From positions 2,361,127 to 2,393,126 of the forward strand of contig NC_004459.3 in assembly GCF_000039765.1 (NCBI RefSeq): 32,000 nucleotides of DNA, read 5' to 3'. Position numbers and translations under genes: made by a program. This DNA is from Vibrio vulnificus CMCP6 (GTDB taxonomy: Bacteria; Pseudomonadota; Gammaproteobacteria; Enterobacterales; Vibrionaceae). Positions 27,305-32,000 of the stretch are shown here, in pieces. Numbering within the stretch: position 1 is the stretch's first letter; the number at the start of each line of letters is the position of its first letter. The notes beneath the pieces are model-generated. The model searched no databases. It saw only the letters and a list, made by a program, of their open reading frames with translations, and had not been told where the DNA came from.

Positions 27305-27781
27305 ATGCATAAAGCGATCTTGTTTGATTGGGGAGATACTCTCATGATTGATGACAAAACTCAGCAAGGAAAGATGAGGTATTGGGATAAAATTCAATTG
27401 GTTAATGGTGCTTCTGAGACCTTAAGAAAACTGAGCTCTGTCTATCCACTTTACGTTGCAACCGGTGCTGGCGATTCAACAATTAAAGATATTCATGCAG
27501 CATTTGCACGTGCTGAAATCGATGTTTTCATTAAAGGCTATTTTAATCGGCAAAACATTCCGTTTCTCAAAGGCTCAAGTGACTTTTATCTCGCCATTTC
27601 CTCTGCGCTGGGGGTAAAGCCCCAAGAGCTTTGTATGATTGGAGACAGTCTAGATAAGGACATCATTCCAGCCAAGCAGGCTGGGCTTTCCGCCATTTGG
27701 TTAAATCATCACCGGCATACACCGCCGCCTCAGATCGTGGCCATAACCCAGTTGCAGGCGCTTGAAAATTTGTTGTTATAA
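27305..27781 (+). CDS. HAD-superfamily hydrolase (small, subfamily IA-like)
   Basis: Start ATG 27305 (MHKAILFDWGDTL, HAD motif I region) with GGAGGAACA upstream. Motif IV is MIGDSLDKDI. The track start at 27269 is not supported. Confidence 0.75.
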   Translation: MHKAILFDWGDTLMIDDKTQQGKMRYWDKIQLVNGASETLRKLSSVYPLYVATGAGDSTIKDIHAAFARAEIDVFIKGYFNRQNIPFLKGSSDFYLAISSALGVKPQELCMIGDSLDKDIIPAKQAGLSAIWLNHHRHTPPPQIVAITQLQALENLLL

Positions 27782-27897
27782 AAGAGGGCTGCAACGAAAA
27801 GCGGTAGGTCAAATCAAAACAACCGAGTGAAGACGCTGTCATGGCTGCTCCCCCGATTGTTTGATTGTGAGACTAAATCAAGTTAGCTCAGCCACGG

Positions 27898-28728
27898 CTA
27901 AGCGGCCACCATTTGCATTGCCAAATCACGCCCGTTTCCTCTCACTTTATCTATCTTGTCGACAAAAGCGGCGGAGATACACAGCAGCCGTGAATCGGGA
28001 TGATTGGCTAGGAAATGTGCTTTTTCACTGGGATCTTTAAAATCATCCCAACTTTTGTTTATTGCACGAGCGAAATGGATAATGGTCGCGAGCTTTGGTG
28101 ATACATCGGCCTCTCTGGGTTCATGGAAATGTTCAATTGCATCCGCCATCTCTTCAGGAAACTTCCAACTTCGTGCCAATTTGGCCCCTAATGTTGGTGA
28201 TGAAACATTCAGTAGCTCTTCTTGTACTGCAATGGCGTCTGCCCCTTTATTAACGCGTTGATTAATCTCTACGGCTTGTTCGGGTACTAACGTGTGGATC
28301 ATCAACTCGCCAATGTTGTGCAAGACTCCAGTGGTAAAGGTTTCATTGACGTCCATTCCCGCTTCTGCCGCCAATTTGGACGAGATGACCGAAACCTCGA
28401 AGGTGTCGGTCCAGTATTTTTCCATATCTAAGGTCTTGACCCGCGGGAAAGCGCTAGAAAGTACCGAGGCGACCACTAACGTTCTCACGGGGCCCGTGCC
28501 GACACGAATCAAAGCATCATTGATGGTGGCGATGGATTTCGTACCACCAAAGTGGGCGGAATTGGCCATACGTAGCAATCGGGCGCTGAGCACTTGATCC
28601 ATCGATATCTTTTTCGCTAAAGCGCCAAAGTTAACCTCTTCTTGGTTAACCATCTCCAGTAATTCTTGCAGCAGACTTTGAATACGTGGTAATTCATTTA
28701 ATCGAGTTATTAACGCAGCCTGACTCAT
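27898..28728 (-). CDS. HDOD domain signalling protein
   Basis: HDOD-typical N-terminal region (LPRIQSLLQELL...ISMDQVLSARLLRMANSAHFGG) and HNIGELMI. Start ATG 28728 lies 7 nt after GAGGAG. The track TTG 28743 falls within or before the SD. Confidence 0.82.
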   Translation of the reverse strand: MSQAALITRLNELPRIQSLLQELLEMVNQEEVNFGALAKKISMDQVLSARLLRMANSAHFGGTKSIATINDALIRVGTGPVRTLVVASVLSSAFPRVKTLDMEKYWTDTFEVSVISSKLAAEAGMDVNETFTTGVLHNIGELMIHTLVPEQAVEINQRVNKGADAIAVQEELLNVSSPTLGAKLARSWKFPEEMADAIEHFHEPREADVSPKLATIIHFARAINKSWDDFKDPSEKAHFLANHPDSRLLCISAAFVDKIDKVRGNGRDLAMQMVAA

Positions 28729-28942
28729 GATCATTCTCCTCAATGCTCAGCATAATGAGCGTTAGCCATTTGAATATAGGTCAGGTCATTTGATATTTAC
28801 AAAAAAGTAAATAATAACGATGGTGGCCCTTGATGCCCGTATGGGGAGGTAAATCAGAGCAGTGACTTCGCAGCGTTAACTGTGCTGAGAAAAGCGCTTA
28901 AACCACTTGGAAGTGAAACAATGGATAATCAGTGAGGCAAGG

Positions 28943-29515
28943 ATGAACATTGGAATTTATATTTATGATGAGGCGGAGGTCCTCGATTTTTCAGGGCCAT
29001 TTGAAGTGTTTTCAACCGCCAACCGTTTTGGTGAAAACCATTGGCAAGTCGCATTGATTGGCGAAACAGGCAAGCCGGTGAAAGGGCGAGGTGGCTTCTA
29101 TGTTCAGCCTCACTATTCCATCGACAATCACCCTCACTTAGATTTGCTTTTGGTTGTAGGGGGCGATCATCGTGATGAAGTCAAGAAACGCAATGTTGTC
29201 AACTGGATCGGTACAACGGCAATGCAGGCGAGTTTAGTCGCCTCCGTGTGTACCGGAAGCTTTCTGCTGGCGGAAGCTGGCTTGCTTGATGGTTTGCAAG
29301 TCACGACGCATTGGGAAGACATCGAAGATTTAAAACAACGTTACCCCAAGCTGACGGTTTTGTCGCAACGACGTTGGGTGGATAGCGGAAAGTACACCAC
29401 CAGTGGTGGCATTTCTGCTGGTATAGATATGAGCCTCTATTTGGTCGCCAAGTTGAAAGGCGAGGGTTTGGCTCGTCAGACGGCCAAGCAAATGGAGTAT
29501 CAGTGGAATCAATAA
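28943..29515 (+). CDS. DJ-1/PfpI family protein (class I glutamine amidotransferase-like fold)
   Basis: Start ATG 28943 (MNIGIYIYD) with GAGGCAAGG upstream. The nucleophile-elbow motif is VASVCTGSFLLAEAGLLDG, followed by SGGISAGIDMSL. Confidence 0.85.
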   Translation: MNIGIYIYDEAEVLDFSGPFEVFSTANRFGENHWQVALIGETGKPVKGRGGFYVQPHYSIDNHPHLDLLLVVGGDHRDEVKKRNVVNWIGTTAMQASLVASVCTGSFLLAEAGLLDGLQVTTHWEDIEDLKQRYPKLTVLSQRRWVDSGKYTTSGGISAGIDMSLYLVAKLKGEGLARQTAKQMEYQWNQ

Positions 29516-30066
29516 TGAGGTCATCAGTGACAAATGTGGAGCAAGGGCGTTTTCATTTGAGAATGCTAAGTGGTAGCGATGACGCATCGCTGCTGGTATT
29601 TGAATACGAAAATCGCCATTGGTTTGAGCGTTTCATCACACCGCGAGACGCGTCGATGTTTTCTGAGCAGGGGATCCGAAAACACATCGATTATTGTTTA
29701 TCAGAATACCAACACAAGCGAATGCTACCGATGATTGTTGAATCGGATGAGGGTGCCATTGTGGGGCGCGTGAATTTTCACGACATCAAGTTTAACCGTG
29801 GCGTTGCGACGCTCGGTTATCGATTTTCTGAAGAGAGTGCAGGAAAAGGCATTGCTACACAAATGGTGACGAAATCGATGGTGGTATTGGAAAACTTAGG
29901 CTTTAGAAGCGTGCTTGCCGTGGTTGCCTCTGATAATTTTGCATCGCAAAGAGTGCTCGAAAAGTGTGGTTTTAGGCAGATGAACTTGATCGCAAATTAT
30001 GTGATCTTGCATGGTCAATCGGTCGATTGTTTTCGATATCTGTATCAATTTAAGGTTAAAAAGTAG
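29515..30066 (+). CDS. GNAT family N-acetyltransferase (RimJ/RimL-like)
   Basis: ATG 29515 overlaps the DJ-1 stop (TAATG). The acetyl-CoA motif region is GYRFSEESAGKGIATQMV, followed by NFASQRVLEKCGF. The upstream GTG 29503 is a less likely alternative. Confidence 0.82.
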   Translation: MRSSVTNVEQGRFHLRMLSGSDDASLLVFEYENRHWFERFITPRDASMFSEQGIRKHIDYCLSEYQHKRMLPMIVESDEGAIVGRVNFHDIKFNRGVATLGYRFSEESAGKGIATQMVTKSMVVLENLGFRSVLAVVASDNFASQRVLEKCGFRQMNLIANYVILHGQSVDCFRYLYQFKVKK

Positions 30067-30317
30067 CCACACTTAACAGAAATTAGAAAAAATACTCTAA
30101 ATGATGAAATTAGAGGATGATGTTCTCTTTGTTATTGTTTTTAATGAATAAACGAGATAACTACTTAAAATGTGTGTGTTTGGTGATATTTGTTCCATAA
30201 ATGATAAAACACGTTTTTGAGCACATTATTTATAACTAAATCAACATAAATAGTTGCGAAAGATTTGGAACTGGTTACAAATGTAGCCCGGAAATACTAA
30301 TAATAGGGAAAGAAGAT

Positions 30318-31127
30318 ATGCAAGATACCACTCCCGAGTATCTGTTGGCTGCTTTAAGACAGGCGATCAAAAGCAAGGGGCTGACATATCGAGAGTTGTC
30401 TGACAGGTTAGGAATACCTCTTTCTACGTTTAAAAGACACCTTTATAGCTCGAACATTTCGCTCGATAAGCTGCTGGAATATTGCCGTGAGACAGATACT
30501 TCGCTAGAAGAGCTGCAAAAATTGGCGGTTCAGTTACAAACTAACGATGAAAATTACTTCAGTCACACTCAAGACGAAGTGTTTTTCAATTTTCCGGAAC
30601 TTTACGACTTTTACCGAGAAATTCGTCATTTGCGCGATAAAGACGGATTTCGTTGGATGAAAGAAAAACATGGGCTTGATGAATCAACCACTTACTCCTA
30701 TTTCCGTGCTTTGGAAATGTTAGGTTTGATCAAGTTAAGTGAAGATCACAAGTTCAGTTTGATAGGTCCAATGTACTATCGTTTTGCGGACAACTCTAAG
30801 CTCAACAAAAAGTACACACAAACACTGAAAGAGCAGACTACGGCGTACAAAGATTGCGTCAAAATTGGTTTTTCACGTATGAATTTGACCGATGACCAAC
30901 TTAAAGCGATTGGTAAAGTGATTGCCAAAGAAGTGCTGAAGTATCATAGCGAAAACATGGCGGAAGGTAATTTTGAAGTGTCTGATTTCAAAAACGTGCT
31001 CTTGATCGCGAGCCCGCATGAGCCGTTGATGTTCTCTGATGGCATTGGAAAACTGCCAAGTGATTTCTTAAACCAAATCAAAGATGCAATTGACAAATCA
31101 GGCGATAAGCCGAGTCTTGCTCTCTAG
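30318..31127 (+). CDS. Orphan DNA-binding protein: N-terminal XRE/Cro-type HTH plus ~200-aa uncharacterised C-terminal region
   Basis: The HTH is GLTYRELSDRLGIPLSTFKRHL, followed by SLDKLLEYCRETDTSLEEL. SD GGGAAAGAAG lies upstream. The gene is preceded by a 251-bp spacer of about 25-30% GC, and the CDS is AT-richer than the core genes. Confidence 0.75.
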   Translation: MQDTTPEYLLAALRQAIKSKGLTYRELSDRLGIPLSTFKRHLYSSNISLDKLLEYCRETDTSLEELQKLAVQLQTNDENYFSHTQDEVFFNFPELYDFYREIRHLRDKDGFRWMKEKHGLDESTTYSYFRALEMLGLIKLSEDHKFSLIGPMYYRFADNSKLNKKYTQTLKEQTTAYKDCVKIGFSRMNLTDDQLKAIGKVIAKEVLKYHSENMAEGNFEVSDFKNVLLIASPHEPLMFSDGIGKLPSDFLNQIKDAIDKSGDKPSLAL

Positions 31128-31171
31128 AGTGGGATAAACGAACTCTTTGGCTATCTTGAATGAAAACTAAA

Positions 31172-31204
31172 AAAGAGCCGTCACATGAAGCGGGGCGGCT
31201 CTTT
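31172..31204. terminator. Bidirectional terminator between convergent genes
   Basis: AAAGAGCCG / CGGCTCTTT 9-bp stem with a ~15-nt loop, flanked by A6 upstream and TTTGTTTT downstream. Confidence 0.7.
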
Positions 31205-31230
31205 GTTTTACTGACGTTGTTACTTTGTAC

Positions 31231-32000
31231 TTAATCCATTACGGGCAACTGCTCAATGGAGCGACGGTAGCGACGGTACTCACCAGAATTCCATAGCCAG
31301 ATGCTTTCCACTGGAATAGCGTAATATTGTGCGTAGTCTGGATTCTTCTTAATCTGTTCCTCGATATCTTTTTCAGCTTGTGCGGAAAAGGCAATTAGAT
31401 TTTCAAGGTATTCAGGAGCACTTTCTTTATTGGCATCAATAGCTTGCCAAGCGACCAAAAGGTCGTTTTGCTTGTGACAGCCATTGGCAGCATCTTGCCC
31501 TTTAGGGTAGTAGCAGTTGTTTGTCTTATCATGGACAAATTTTGGGCTAAAGGGGTTAAATAAGCTGTTAAATGAGCTAGCACCATTCAGTACTTCAACG
31601 GTGTTACTGTCTCGCAACAAATACAATGTAGCGTCCTTTTGTGAACGGATACCTAACTTAGCAAAGTTAAGGTATGTATTTACTGGATTAGGCAAATTAT
31701 TCAAAAGCTCAAGGTGTAGCTCTCTTCCATCAATAAACATGGCTTTTTTAGCAATCTCTTTTGCCAGACCATTGCGACGTGTCACCATGTATTTACGTGC
31801 TTTCCAAGTAAATTCGTAACCGCCTTTCAAGTCGACAGATAAGCTTGGTTTCGTCAGAGTAATATCGTCGATCAAATGTTGCGAGCTATCAGAAAGCCCA
31901 TACTCTTCAGCTTGGCCGAATGCCACTAAGTTGGTCAGCAACGCATTAAAATATGGTGTTACGGTGCTCTGTGACAACTGGAAGTAGCTTTTAATACCAT
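31231..32000 (-). CDS. Unrecognised protein, C-terminal ~256 codons; the ORF continues beyond the right window edge
   Basis: The reading frame stays open upstream of the track's TTG (31977) to the window end (...GIKSYFQL-SQSTV...). I recognise no motif. It contains two Cys in NNCYYPKGQDAANGCHK, and the DNA is AT-rich. Confidence 0.6.
   Translation of the reverse strand, partial: GIKSYFQLSQSTVTPYFNALLTNLVAFGQAEEYGLSDSSQHLIDDITLTKPSLSVDLKGGYEFTWKARKYMVTRRNGLAKEIAKKAMFIDGRELHLELLNNLPNPVNTYLNFAKLGIRSQKDATLYLLRDSNTVEVLNGASSFNSLFNPFSPKFVHDKTNNCYYPKGQDAANGCHKQNDLLVAWQAIDANKESAPEYLENLIAFSAQAEKDIEEQIKKNPDYAQYYAIPVESIWLWNSGEYRRYRRSIEQLPVMD

Noticed and set aside
27809-27870. Imperfect inverted repeat (TCAAATCAAAACAACCG ... 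CGATTGTTTGATTGTGA) between the convergent HAD and HDOD genes, considered as a terminator
   Set aside because: The arms are AT-rich and need bulges, the loop is ~28 nt and there is no clean U-tract. This is too weak to call.
5211-29514. Upstream start codons proposed by the ORF track for tadG (5211), azoR (7430), OsmC-like (16427), emrD-like (20214), porin (22195), speA (27142), HAD (27269), HDOD (28743), DJ-1 (28907) and GNAT (29503)
   Set aside because: In each case an internal ATG (GTG for speA) agrees better with homolog N-termini or signal peptides. All except the speA GTG, which lacks a good SD, also have a well-spaced Shine-Dalgarno sequence. The extensions overlap upstream genes or include the SD itself.
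1-32000. Looked for CRISPR arrays, tRNA/rRNA genes, IS elements, integrases, phage genes and integron-type repeats
   Set aside because: I saw no regularly spaced direct repeats, no tRNA-like T-arm or acceptor pattern in any spacer, and no transposase or integrase-like ORF. This was inspection by eye, so a tRNAscan/Infernal/ISfinder run would be needed for certainty.

Overview
The window reads as a densely coding Vibrio-type (Vibrionaceae) chromosomal segment. The organism call is an inference from protein similarity and roughly 48-53% GC in hand-counted core genes. I call 27 CDS. From left to right they are: the distal half of a Tad/Flp pilus operon (tadZ partial, tadA-G, 1-6656); azoR; a 950-aa secreted multidomain GH18 chitinase; hrpA; a small 8-strand-type OMP; two orphan small genes; an OsmC-family gene; the lipase/foldase pair lipA-lif; an EmrD-like MFS pump; a co-oriented cluster of MCP, porin and a 136-aa PstS-like periplasmic protein; speA-speB; a HAD hydrolase; an HDOD protein; and an overlapping DJ-1/PfpI-GNAT pair. 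From about 30.07 kb there is a distinctly AT-richer segment with an orphan HTH protein and an unrecognised ORF that runs off the right edge. Seven stem-loop terminators sit where operon ends are expected. Several ORF-track starts appear too far upstream, and I re-called them from Shine-Dalgarno spacing and homolog N-termini. By eye I saw no rRNA, tRNA, CRISPR array, IS element, integrase or phage genes. I do not see a clear-cut novel multi-gene system such as a defence island. Most of the window is recognisable housekeeping or known accessory functions. The best candidates for something undescribed are (1) the MCP-porin-half-size binding protein cluster (20599-23902) and (2) the low-GC right end (30067-32000) with two proteins I cannot place. 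All functional calls rest on my recognition of motifs and homolog sequences. No database search was run.
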